From assembly GCA_963762145.1 (NCBI GenBank), contig CAVXJS010000011.1:160001-224000 (forward strand): DNA of 64,000 nt, given 5' to 3'. The translations under genes were made by a program, and so were the position numbers. Origin of the DNA: an uncultured Candidatus Rokubacteria bacterium. Its GTDB lineage: Bacteria; Methylomirabilota; Methylomirabilia; Rokubacteriales; CSP1-6. This document shows positions 39,365 to 48,243 of this stretch, one piece after another (within the stretch, counting starts at the first letter, position 1; every line of letters begins with the position of its first letter). The notes under the pieces are model-generated. The model saw only the letters and a list, made by a program, of their open reading frames with translations, was not told the DNA's origin and did not search any database.

Positions 39365-40030
39365 ATGCCAACCAGTGAGCCGGCCGCCATTCGATCCGTC
39401 GCGGTCTGGATCAACGTGTTCGTCCCCTTCGACCTGCCCGGCACGACGGTCCGGATGCGCCGGGGACCCCACGCCGGCCGCTCGGCCCTCGACGTCGGCT
39501 CGGCCCTCCTGTTGACGGACCAGCGCGCGTTCTCCCGTGATCCACGTGCGGCCTCGCGGATGCACTCGCACGTGAGGATCGACCTCTCGGCGGGCGAGCC
39601 GGTCGTCACGATCCGCCATCGGGTCGACCCGGCGACCGCGTGCCATCGCCGGACCGGTGATGTCGTGCGCCAGTCCCGGCCGAGCGGACGTGGAATGACC
39701 GCCCAGGTCACCTCACGAGATCCGGTCGTGGTCTCGCTCGACTGCGTGGCGGGCGTCCCGATCCCGGATGTGCCGCCCGCCCTGCGCGAGCTCGCTTACC
39801 GGGGGACGATCACCTACCGGCTGGCCGAGCGACTGCTCGCGGTCGACCTCATGGTGGGCATGTTTCCCGCCACCGAAGGCTATGGATCGGTCAACGACGG
39901 GAACGGGATCATCATGTTCCGCCAGGCGTCACTGCCGATCGCGGCCGGCCAAGCTCCGGTCGGGGCGCTCCGCCGCATCCGGAGCAACTTCAGCGACGGA
40001 GACGGCAGCGGGTTCTTCCCGGACGTCTGA
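39365..40030 (+). CDS. Hypothetical protein, possibly DUF3238-like
   Basis: W.N.F.P, TDQR.F...SR, FP..E.Y pattern; no signal peptide. Confidence 0.5.
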   Translation: MPTSEPAAIRSVAVWINVFVPFDLPGTTVRMRRGPHAGRSALDVGSALLLTDQRAFSRDPRAASRMHSHVRIDLSAGEPVVTIRHRVDPATACHRRTGDVVRQSRPSGRGMTAQVTSRDPVVVSLDCVAGVPIPDVPPALRELAYRGTITYRLAERLLAVDLMVGMFPATEGYGSVNDGNGIIMFRQASLPIAAGQAPVGALRRIRSNFSDGDGSGFFPDV

Positions 40031-40040
40031 CGCGATCGGC

Positions 40041-41525
40041 TCAGGGCCTGGGCTCGAACCCCGGGATCCAGAGGAAACCTCCCGAGACGAGCTGGCCGAG
40101 GACCCGGGCGAAATCGAGCGGGCCGATCTGTTCCGGGAACGCACCGGCCTCCTTCAAGCTGGCGAAGTGCTCGCGGGCGGACACGCGGCCGTCGCTGCGA
40201 GCGATGAGCGCCCCCATCCACGGCGCGGCCCGCGCGTCGGTGGCGAACGGATGATCGGTTTGCATCCGGTAAGCGACCGGAGAGAGCTCACCGTCCACCA
40301 TTCGATGGGTGACCACGAGCTCGACGGTCGGTGGGGCGACGGGCCGCGCGTCGAGCAGCCAGTCGAAGCCGCGGCTCGCCAGCTCCGTCTCCCAGCGCAG
40401 GAGCCATGGCAGCGCCGCCTCGCCGACCGTCGAGCGCTGGCGTCGGAGGGTGAACCCTCCGCGTGACGAGCGGTGCCGCTGGACCACGATCGCCCCGTAG
40501 ACGAACTCACGGATCCGGAGGCTCTTGAACGCCTCCTCGAGCCGCACCGCGCCCGCCGCGCCCTGCGCCGACTTGAGCGCCACGCTCCGGGCGAGGAAGC
40601 CGACACTGATGGTTTGCCGAGCGAGGAAGGCGACGTCGAACTCGGCGTCGTCGGGCCCGAGCCACTGGCGCACCCTCCGCTCGAACGGCACGTCCTCGGC
40701 GTCGACGCCGACGGTGAGGCAGTAGAAGCGGCCGCCCGGGTTCAGGTGAGGCGCGAGCCCGGACACCGCCCGCCGGGTGATGTCCTGGCCGTCCAGGCCC
40801 GCGTCCTGGTAGATGAGGGTCTGGTGGAGCGCGGGCACATACGGTGGATGGATGACGATCCGGTCGAACCGGAGGTCGTGGACCGGCGCGTACAGGTCGC
40901 CCTGCAACACGGTCACGTTGTCCACCGCGTTCAGGCGCTGGTTGAACTGAGCGAAGCGCGCGGCCCGCTCCGTGATGTCGACGGCCCACACGTGCGTGGC
41001 TGACCCGGCCGCGACCAGGGCCGCCACCCCGGCTCCGGTTCCGAGATCCAGGAGGGCCTCGCACGGCTCGGCCGGCAGGAGCTCGAGGAACCGTTCGGTG
41101 TCCTCGGTCAGCGCCGAGAACACGATGTCCTGCATGCGCTCCAGGGGCGAGCCGTCGACGTTTCGAGACCGGTCGGATGCGAAGTAGCGTCCCCGGCGCG
41201 GATAGAGCATCACGGTTCCCGCCCAGAGCCTCTGGTTGTGGGTGCTCGGGGCCAGCAGGCCCAGCGCGGCCAGCGTCTCGAGTGCGCCCGGCGGCAGCAA
41301 CGACTCGATCTGCTCGCGGGTCGCGTAGAGGCCGTCGACGAACAGCTGGGTCATGAGCTCCAGCCTGTCCTCGACCGAGGCCGGTGTTCGACGCGACAGC
41401 CGGGAGAGGACGTCGAGGTCATAGTGGGCGCGCAGGGCATCCTCCGTGTAGGCCGTGTCCTCCAGCAGCTGCCGGCACGCGGCGAACTGCTCGGCCGTTC
41501 CGAAGCGCAGCGGCAGCGACGTCAG
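40041..41525 (-). CDS. Large class I SAM methyltransferase (PrmC/MTS-like, HPPY variant); start approximate
   Basis: LLDLGTGAG, VDITERA, GDLYAPV, FDRIVIHPPY, L.PGG. Confidence 0.8.
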   Translation of the reverse strand: MTSLPLRFGTAEQFAACRQLLEDTAYTEDALRAHYDLDVLSRLSRRTPASVEDRLELMTQLFVDGLYATREQIESLLPPGALETLAALGLLAPSTHNQRLWAGTVMLYPRRGRYFASDRSRNVDGSPLERMQDIVFSALTEDTERFLELLPAEPCEALLDLGTGAGVAALVAAGSATHVWAVDITERAARFAQFNQRLNAVDNVTVLQGDLYAPVHDLRFDRIVIHPPYVPALHQTLIYQDAGLDGQDITRRAVSGLAPHLNPGGRFYCLTVGVDAEDVPFERRVRQWLGPDDAEFDVAFLARQTISVGFLARSVALKSAQGAAGAVRLEEAFKSLRIREFVYGAIVVQRHRSSRGGFTLRRQRSTVGEAALPWLLRWETELASRGFDWLLDARPVAPPTVELVVTHRMVDGELSPVAYRMQTDHPFATDARAAPWMGALIARSDGRVSAREHFASLKEAGAFPEQIGPLDFARVLGQLVSGGFLWIPGFEPRP

Positions 41526-42400
41526 GGGAGCCTGACCGAGAATCCGGACGAGACCTGACCCCGGATCCGGGCCGCGGACGGGAGCTCGATGGTCATCGTC
41601 ACGGTGTACGGTCCCTCGGCCGCGTCGGCGGGAACCGTCAGGCGCTGCTCGCTGGCGTAGGTCCCGGGAGCGACCGTCACCGTCTTCTCGAGGCGCCGCA
41701 GATCCTGGTCCCCGAACCGGATGGTCCGGGTCTCCTTGACCACCATCGGCGGGACCTCGGGCGGGGCGATGATCGTATAGGTGACCGCGAGGACGACCTG
41801 GGCTCCGGGCCGGAGAGAGGAAGGCGCCGCCGCTCCCCGCTCGACCTTGAGCACGATGCCGTGCTCCGGCTGGTAGTGGTACGCGAGCGCGACCTCGGCG
41901 CCGCTCTTCAAGCGGGAGATATCGGTGCCGACCGGCGGCGCGTCCGACGCCGGTCGGGGAGCCGGCGCGCCGGGCGGCGGCGCCGGGGTCGTCGTGGCGG
42001 GCCCGGGGGCCGTGGCCACGGGCCGTTCTCGCACCACCACCTCGCCGCGTCTCGGGACGAGCTCGACGCCGCCGCGGCTGAGCCCGGTCACCGTATACGG
42101 GTAGGTGCCCGCGGCGCCGAAGCGAGCCGTGTACACGCCGGACTTCGAGGACACGGCCGGCATGGTCGCCACGCGGTCGAACTCTATCTTGATCTCGCCC
42201 CGGGCGGGATCGCCGTTCACCCACGTCAGCTGCTCGCCGGGCTCCGCGCCGATCGACTCGGCCGAGAGCGGGTAGCCCGGAACGAGGGGGATGATGCGAC
42301 CGGACGGGGCGGGTGTCGCGCACGCGGTCAGGCTCGAGAGCGCCACCACCAGAGTGCCGAGTAGCCGGCTCACGGACTGCCGTCTCGTGGACGTTGGCAT
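41522..42400 (-). CDS. Lipoprotein: cupredoxin-like domain, Pro linker, beta-sandwich domain
   Basis: Lipobox SLTAC; PGEQLTWVN.D...F..AGTYPY without Cu ligands; C-domain resembles N-domain of 19208-20239. Confidence 0.65.
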   Translation of the reverse strand: MPTSTRRQSVSRLLGTLVVALSSLTACATPAPSGRIIPLVPGYPLSAESIGAEPGEQLTWVNGDPARGEIKIEFDRVATMPAVSSKSGVYTARFGAAGTYPYTVTGLSRGGVELVPRRGEVVVRERPVATAPGPATTTPAPPPGAPAPRPASDAPPVGTDISRLKSGAEVALAYHYQPEHGIVLKVERGAAAPSSLRPGAQVVLAVTYTIIAPPEVPPMVVKETRTIRFGDQDLRRLEKTVTVAPGTYASEQRLTVPADAAEGPYTVTMTIELPSAARIRGQVSSGFSVRLP

Positions 42401-42535
42401 GGCGAAACCGCGCCTAAACTAGCACAGAGCGCTCACCTTCCGGCAGCTCCGCGCCGGCTGCCAAGAGAACGTATTTCCGGCGCGGGTTTGAGTTAAGCTC
42501 ACAGTCGGGGATTCGATCGGCATGAGGAGCTCGCG

Positions 42536-44329
42536 ATGAAGTACTGCCCCGTCTGCGAGACCGACTATCCGGACGACGTCAAGGTCTGTCCGCAGGACGG
42601 TGCCACGGTGCGCCGGCCGGGCGAGCGCGCCGATCCATTCCTCGGCCGCGTCATCAAGGGGCGCTATCGCGTCGAGCGCCAGGCCGGGCGCGGCGGCATG
42701 GGGACCGTGTACCTGGCCGAGCAGCTCAGCGTCGGGCGGAAGGTGGCCCTGAAGGTCCTCCGGGGCGACTTCGCCCGCGAGGAAGGCTTCGTCGCGCGCT
42801 TCCAGCAGGAGGCCAAGCTCGTGGCGAGCCTGAACGAGCGGCGGAATCCGCGCGTCACCCTGGTCCACGACTTCGACCAGACCGAAGACGGCAGCGTGTT
42901 CATCGTCATGGAGTGGCTGGAGGGCCGCGTGCTCAACGAGGTGATCCAGCGCGACCGGGGGCTCGACCTGCCCCGCGCGGTCCGGCTCGCCACCCAGATC
43001 GCCGAAGGGCTGGAGGCCGCTCACCGGACCAATGTCGTGCATCGTGACGTGAAGCCGCAGAACATCATGGTGCTCGAGGCGGGTGACGACATCAAGCTGA
43101 TGGACTTCGGCATCGCCCGCCTGCGCGACTCGGGAACGAACCTCACCCGGACCGGGACCATGATGGGCACGCCCGCCTACATGTCCCCCGAGCAGATCGA
43201 AGGGCAGGAGATCACCGAGAAGACCGACATGTACGCGTTCGGCATCGTGCTGTACGAGATGTTGACCGGGGTGGTCCCGTTCCGGGCCAGCACGCAGGCC
43301 GCCGTCCTCACCAAGCAGCTCCAGGAGCAGCCGGTGCCGCCGTCCCGGCTGCGACCGGAGATTCCGCAGGAGCTGGAGGCGATCGTCCTCAAGGCGCTCG
43401 AGAAGGATCCGGCCAAGCGCGAGCGGGACATGGCCGCCATCGTGCGTGCCCTGCGCGAGATGTCGCGACGGCTGGGGGAGGTCTCGACGGACACCTCTGC
43501 CGCCGCCGGCGCGCCGACGCTCGTCGTCGAGCGCCCGACGGCGCCGCGGCCCGAGGCGCCCCGGCCCGAAGCGCCGGATCCCACGATGCAGGTCGAGCGC
43601 ACGTTTGTCGCGCCGCGACCCCAGGCGTCGCATGAGCCGGTCCCGAGTGCCACCATCGTGCGGTCCGAGACGCTTCAGGAGAGCCCCACGCCCGGGCCGC
43701 CCGGCCGGTCGGCGTCGCACCTGGGGAGGGGATTGGCGATCGGCGGGGCCATCGCGGCCGTCCTGGTCGCGGCCGTCGGTACCGTCGTCTACCTGGTGCG
43801 GGTGCCGCCGCCCGCCTCCGCGCCGACGGCCTCCGCGCCGGCCCCGGCGACGCCGACGACCAGTCCTCCCCAGGTCTCGGCCGGCACTCCGGCCGCGTCG
43901 GGAGGTCCGCAGATCGTGCCGCCGAGGCCGCCGGCCCCGGTCAGTCCGCCGGAGCCGGTCGTGCCGCCGCCCGTCCAGTCACCGCCCGCTCCGGAGGTCA
44001 AGGCCCCCGCTCCTCCGAGGCCCGCTTCGCCGCCGCGCCCGGTCGCGCCCGCGCCCAAGCAGTCGGTGGCCGTCGCGAAGCCGGATCCGGCGAGCCCGGA
44101 CGGCCTCCGCGCGCGGCTGGAGGAGCGCCTCCGCAGTCGCGGACTGCTCCGGGGCAGCGGGTCCGATCCGAACACGGGGGTGACGGTCGAGGTGGGGCCC
44201 AATGGCGTCGTCACCTTGCGGGGGATCGTCCGGGACGCCACGCAGCGTGACGAGGCGGCGAACCTGGTGCGCATGGCCGGGGTGAACGAGGTCCGTCTGC
44301 GCGTCAACGTGCAGAGCAGCTGGAACTAG
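42536..44329 (+). CDS. Membrane Ser/Thr kinase (PpkA-like) with N-terminal Zn ribbon and C-terminal BON-like domain
   Basis: CPVC..CPQD; GRGGMG, VALK, HRDVKPQN, DFGIA, GTPAYMSPEQ; TM; GVVTLRG..V.EV. Confidence 0.9.
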   Translation: MKYCPVCETDYPDDVKVCPQDGATVRRPGERADPFLGRVIKGRYRVERQAGRGGMGTVYLAEQLSVGRKVALKVLRGDFAREEGFVARFQQEAKLVASLNERRNPRVTLVHDFDQTEDGSVFIVMEWLEGRVLNEVIQRDRGLDLPRAVRLATQIAEGLEAAHRTNVVHRDVKPQNIMVLEAGDDIKLMDFGIARLRDSGTNLTRTGTMMGTPAYMSPEQIEGQEITEKTDMYAFGIVLYEMLTGVVPFRASTQAAVLTKQLQEQPVPPSRLRPEIPQELEAIVLKALEKDPAKRERDMAAIVRALREMSRRLGEVSTDTSAAAGAPTLVVERPTAPRPEAPRPEAPDPTMQVERTFVAPRPQASHEPVPSATIVRSETLQESPTPGPPGRSASHLGRGLAIGGAIAAVLVAAVGTVVYLVRVPPPASAPTASAPAPATPTTSPPQVSAGTPAASGGPQIVPPRPPAPVSPPEPVVPPPVQSPPAPEVKAPAPPRPASPPRPVAPAPKQSVAVAKPDPASPDGLRARLEERLRSRGLLRGSGSDPNTGVTVEVGPNGVVTLRGIVRDATQRDEAANLVRMAGVNEVRLRVNVQSSWN

Positions 44330-44330
44330 G

Positions 44331-45494
44331 ATGGCCGCGACCCCGCCCGCAAAGCCCGCCGACACGCCGGCTCGATCCGGCACGCCGCTGCGCCACGTCT
44401 TCACCGACCTGATCGCCTACGCGCTCCTGTTCCGCGAGAGCTGCGCGGAGCGTACGTGGACGCCCGCGGAGCTTCGAGATCGCCTGACCGCGCTCATCGA
44501 CGCTCAGGAGCGCCGGGCGCGTGGCGGTGAGGTCTCCTGGGATTCCTACGTCGAGGCGCGCTACGCGGTCCTGGCGTGGGTCGACGAGCTGATCATGAAC
44601 TCGCCCTGGCCGCACCGGGGCGACTGGCCGCATCTGATGCTCAAGTACTACGGCACGCTCAACGCGGGGAAGCAGTTCTTCGAGCGGATCGAGCAGCCGC
44701 CCGCCACCGAGCGCGACGTGATGGAGATCTACTACTTCTGCCTGGCCCTCGGGTTCGAGGGGAAGTTCGCCCTGGCGGAAAACCCGCGGACTCTGTCGGA
44801 GCTCAAGCAGCGGCTTCACAACCAGCTCGTCGCGGCGGGCGGGGGCGTGCACCTCTCCGAGGCCCGCCTCTTCCCCGAGGCCTACCGGCGTCCCCCTGCT
44901 CCCGCCCCGCCTCCGGGACGGTCGTGGTTCGGCCTCTGGCTCGGGCTGATCGTGGCCGTGCCGATCATCCTCTTCGTCGTCTACCTGTCGCTGCTCCGAT
45001 CCGCTGCCGACGCACGCATCAGGATGCTCACGCAGCCGGTGGCGCCGGCACCGGTCGTGATTCCGGGGTGGAACCTGACGCTGGTCGAGGAGCTGCGGCG
45101 CCGCGGGGTGGACGCCCGCGACACGCCACGGGGGGTGGTGATCACGCTGCCCGGCGTCTCGTTCGAGGTGAACCGCTCCGAGCTCAACCCGGCGGGAGAG
45201 CGGAGCGTCCGGGATGTGGCGGCGGCCCTCCTGCGCCTGGCTCCCGAGCGCCACGTGGCCGTCGAGGGGCACGCGAGCCGGGAGAAGGGCACCCTGGACG
45301 AGCAGAATCAGCGCCTGTCGGACGAGCGGGCCCGGCGGGTCGGCGAGGTCCTCCTGGAGTCGGGGCTCCGGCGCGACCGGATCACCTCCCGGGGGCTCGG
45401 CTCGAGCACCCCGGTGGCGTCCAACGAGACCGAGGACGGGCGTCGCCTCAACCGACGGGTGGAAATGACCGTAGAAAAGGTAGATGGGCGATAA
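44331..45494 (+). CDS. tssL: TssL/DotU-OmpA fusion
   Basis: YA.LAWVDE, AG..FF, E.YY.CLALGF.GK, TM, VEGH..N..LS..RA..V, NRRVE. Confidence 0.93.
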   Translation: MAATPPAKPADTPARSGTPLRHVFTDLIAYALLFRESCAERTWTPAELRDRLTALIDAQERRARGGEVSWDSYVEARYAVLAWVDELIMNSPWPHRGDWPHLMLKYYGTLNAGKQFFERIEQPPATERDVMEIYYFCLALGFEGKFALAENPRTLSELKQRLHNQLVAAGGGVHLSEARLFPEAYRRPPAPAPPPGRSWFGLWLGLIVAVPIILFVVYLSLLRSAADARIRMLTQPVAPAPVVIPGWNLTLVEELRRRGVDARDTPRGVVITLPGVSFEVNRSELNPAGERSVRDVAAALLRLAPERHVAVEGHASREKGTLDEQNQRLSDERARRVGEVLLESGLRRDRITSRGLGSSTPVASNETEDGRRLNRRVEMTVEKVDGR

Positions 45495-45602
45495 TGGGGG
45501 CCGGCCTAGCGAATAACTTTGCGTAGCCCGAGTTTCCCATGGTACTTAGCTTTGCGCCGGTATGCCGTGCGTAGGTCAGAACCCTCGGGAGGAAAGCTGC
45601 CG

Positions 45603-46814
45603 ATGAGACAGATGCGGGCGGTCGTGTCCATGGTGGTAGCGGTCAGCAGTGTGCTGCTGGCACTACCGGTAGCGGTCAGTGCGCAGGGCGGCTTGGGCCT
45701 GAATGACACTATCATCCGTGCCCTCAGCAGCGACGGCGCGGGGTCCAACTGCACCGGATTGGGAGGTCCCGGGAACACCCAGGGCTCCCTCTTTAACCTC
45801 TGCGGCTCGGTCCCCCCCGCCGGCTCTGCGAGTAGCTCAGGTGGCACTCCCACCGTCGATAGCCAGCTCGGCGCGAGTCAGGAACAGCGCCGTCAGGCGG
45901 AACGCCTGGCCGAGCGGCGGGCCGGGAAGGGTGGTGCCGCCGACCAGTTGCTGAGCCCCGGGTTCGGCCTGTTCGTCAACGGGGACTACCAGTTCCTGAA
46001 CAAGGACAACACCCGGTACGAGACCGGCTTCGAGCAAAACACCGTAGGCACGACGTTTGGCCTCGACTATTCGTTCGGAAACCGGGCGGTACTGGGCGCC
46101 GCCATCAACTACGCTCACGAGTTCGGCGATTTCGCGGGGCCGACCGGCGGGTACAACAACGACGCCATCGGCCTGACGCTCTACGGGACCGTTGCCCCCA
46201 TGACGAATCTCTTCATCGATGGGTTCATCGGTTATGTCCGGAAGGAGTATTCGATCGACCGGCGCATCAAGATTCAGCTGGACAACAATGCGGTGGCCGC
46301 GGGGCTCATCGAGGGTGACACGCACTCGGACGAGTTCAACATCGGGACCAACATCGGCTACGATTTCATCCTCGGGAATTTCACGGTTGGCCCCCGGGCT
46401 GGTGTGAACTACCTGGATCGAAGGCTGGCGGGCTACAAGGAGTCCGGGAGCACCGGGATCGAGCTGGACTACGACAATCAGAACATCTCGTCGCTGACCA
46501 CAACCCTCGGGGTCTTCGCCTCGATGGCGGTGAGTACTCGGTGGGGTGTGCTGGTTCCTCAGGCGGCTGCCGAGTACGTGCACGAGTTCCTGAACAACCA
46601 GCGCACGGTGGGGTTCCGGTTCGTCGATACGATTTCCCAGCCGCGGCTCCTGTTCCGGACCGACACGCCCGATCGCGATTTCTTCAACCTCGGGGTCGGC
46701 GCGGTCTTCGTCCTGCCCAGTGGGATGTCGACGTTCGTGAACGTGCGTCAGCTGCTCGGGTACGACACGCGGCGGGCGACCAACGTGACGGTCGGGCTGC
46801 GGATGGCCTTCTAG
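45603..46814 (+). CDS. Autotransporter beta-barrel protein with very short passenger
   Basis: Signal peptide, short Cys-pair region, helix linker, amphipathic strands (GLDY, Y.ESG, EYVHEF), C-terminal Phe. Confidence 0.8.
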   Translation: MRQMRAVVSMVVAVSSVLLALPVAVSAQGGLGLNDTIIRALSSDGAGSNCTGLGGPGNTQGSLFNLCGSVPPAGSASSSGGTPTVDSQLGASQEQRRQAERLAERRAGKGGAADQLLSPGFGLFVNGDYQFLNKDNTRYETGFEQNTVGTTFGLDYSFGNRAVLGAAINYAHEFGDFAGPTGGYNNDAIGLTLYGTVAPMTNLFIDGFIGYVRKEYSIDRRIKIQLDNNAVAAGLIEGDTHSDEFNIGTNIGYDFILGNFTVGPRAGVNYLDRRLAGYKESGSTGIELDYDNQNISSLTTTLGVFASMAVSTRWGVLVPQAAAEYVHEFLNNQRTVGFRFVDTISQPRLLFRTDTPDRDFFNLGVGAVFVLPSGMSTFVNVRQLLGYDTRRATNVTVGLRMAF

Positions 46815-47607
46815 GACGAGGTCGCGGACGCGACCTCGCTCAGGATCCGGGGCCAGCGCGCCGCCCAGCAGCACACGTGGTCGAACTCGGGCACGACCAC
46901 GCAGCCGTCCGCGGCCGGTGACGCCGCGACGGACGATGTCGGCCGGCACCAGGCGATCGCGGCCGCCCGCGTAGTGGATCTGGACCACCCGGTCCGGGAG
47001 CGGGGGCTGCCGGGCGGGGTTGAGCGAGCCGACCAGGCGCAGGTCCCCGTGTAGGTCCGTCCACGCGTCGATGTCGAGGTTGGCCGCCACCGTGATCACG
47101 GCCACCGACTGTGGCACGCGAGAGGCCAGCAGCACGGCGAGCGTCCCGCCCCCGCTGTAGCCGAACCACACGACCTCCTCCACCCCCTCCGAAGCGAGGA
47201 TCCGTTGCACGGCGGCCACCATGCTGGCCAGCACGGTCTCGGAGTAGCGCGCCGAGGTCCACAAGGCATCCGGACACGACGGCTCATCGCCGAGACCGTG
47301 GTAGCAGGGCCGGCCCAGGTACGCGCTGGCGACGGGGTCCTGCGCCATCAGCTCCAGCGCGAGAGGTCGCCGCGGGGTGGGGTCTCGAGTGGGAAGCCCG
47401 GCCAGCCACGGGATGCCGTCCCCCTCCAGGTAGACGTGGAGGCGGCGGGTGGCGGGTTCCCGGTTCCTGATCAGCAGATGCTCGAACGGCGCCCCTCGCA
47501 CCCGCCCTTCCGAGAGCCCGAGGGCCGCGACTCTGCCGCGCGAACTCGCTCGAGGGCCCGGCGCACGCGGTCGCGGCGAGAAGCAGGCACGCGACCAGGA
47601 GCCTCAT
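46811..47607 (-). CDS. Lipoprotein alpha/beta hydrolase (frameshifts near 47510 and 46900)
   Basis: Lipobox ATAC; VYLEGDG, RPCY, W..ARYS, GYSGG nucleophile elbow, AANLD, SLNP, G..D..VP. Confidence 0.8.
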
Positions 47608-47698
47608 TGACTCGCGGCCGCCGTTCGTGATACTTGCCCATCCACAGCGGCCCGGGGGGCGCCCTCGGGCTGGATCGGTCGTGAACGGAGGGGTATCA

Positions 47699-48202
47699 AT
47701 GGCTAGGACGCTCCGAGCCTCGGCACTTCGCCTCGTCATCCTGGCCGGCCTGATCGCGCTCGGCGGAACCGCGGATGCTCAAGGCCGGCTGCTGCTGCTG
47801 AGCCCGGACGAGGCGGTCCGGCTGCGCCTGGGTCGCGACGAGCGGCTCGTGGTCGGGCCCACCCTGCGCGGAGCGACCGGGCCCCGCATCCTGGTGCAGG
47901 AACCGCTCGTCAAGCAGACCGCGAACGGGGCCGTGATCGAGACCACGCCGGCCACCAGCTTCTTCATCGTGTTCGAGCCGAACGGCTCTCCGGTCGACAT
48001 GGAGTCGCTCGAGATCAAGGCGAAGAAGGGCATCCTGTCGATGTCGCTGACCCCGCGCCTGAAGCCCTTCATCGAAGGGACCAGCCTGAAGGCGGGGAGC
48101 GTGACCGTTCCGGAGGGACGTTTCCTCATCCAGATCGAGATCCTCGACAAGTCCGGGGCCAAGGCGGTGGAGCAGTACCGCCTCGACGTGCGCGGTAGCT
48201 GA
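47699..48202 (+). CDS. Exported hypothetical beta-rich protein
   Basis: GGAGG RBS, signal peptide ending ADA, coding-like codon usage. Confidence 0.65.
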   Translation: MARTLRASALRLVILAGLIALGGTADAQGRLLLLSPDEAVRLRLGRDERLVVGPTLRGATGPRILVQEPLVKQTANGAVIETTPATSFFIVFEPNGSPVDMESLEIKAKKGILSMSLTPRLKPFIEGTSLKAGSVTVPEGRFLIQIEILDKSGAKAVEQYRLDVRGS

Positions 48203-48243
48203 GTCATCCTCCGGGTCCCGCGTCTACAGGGCGGGTCCCGCGT

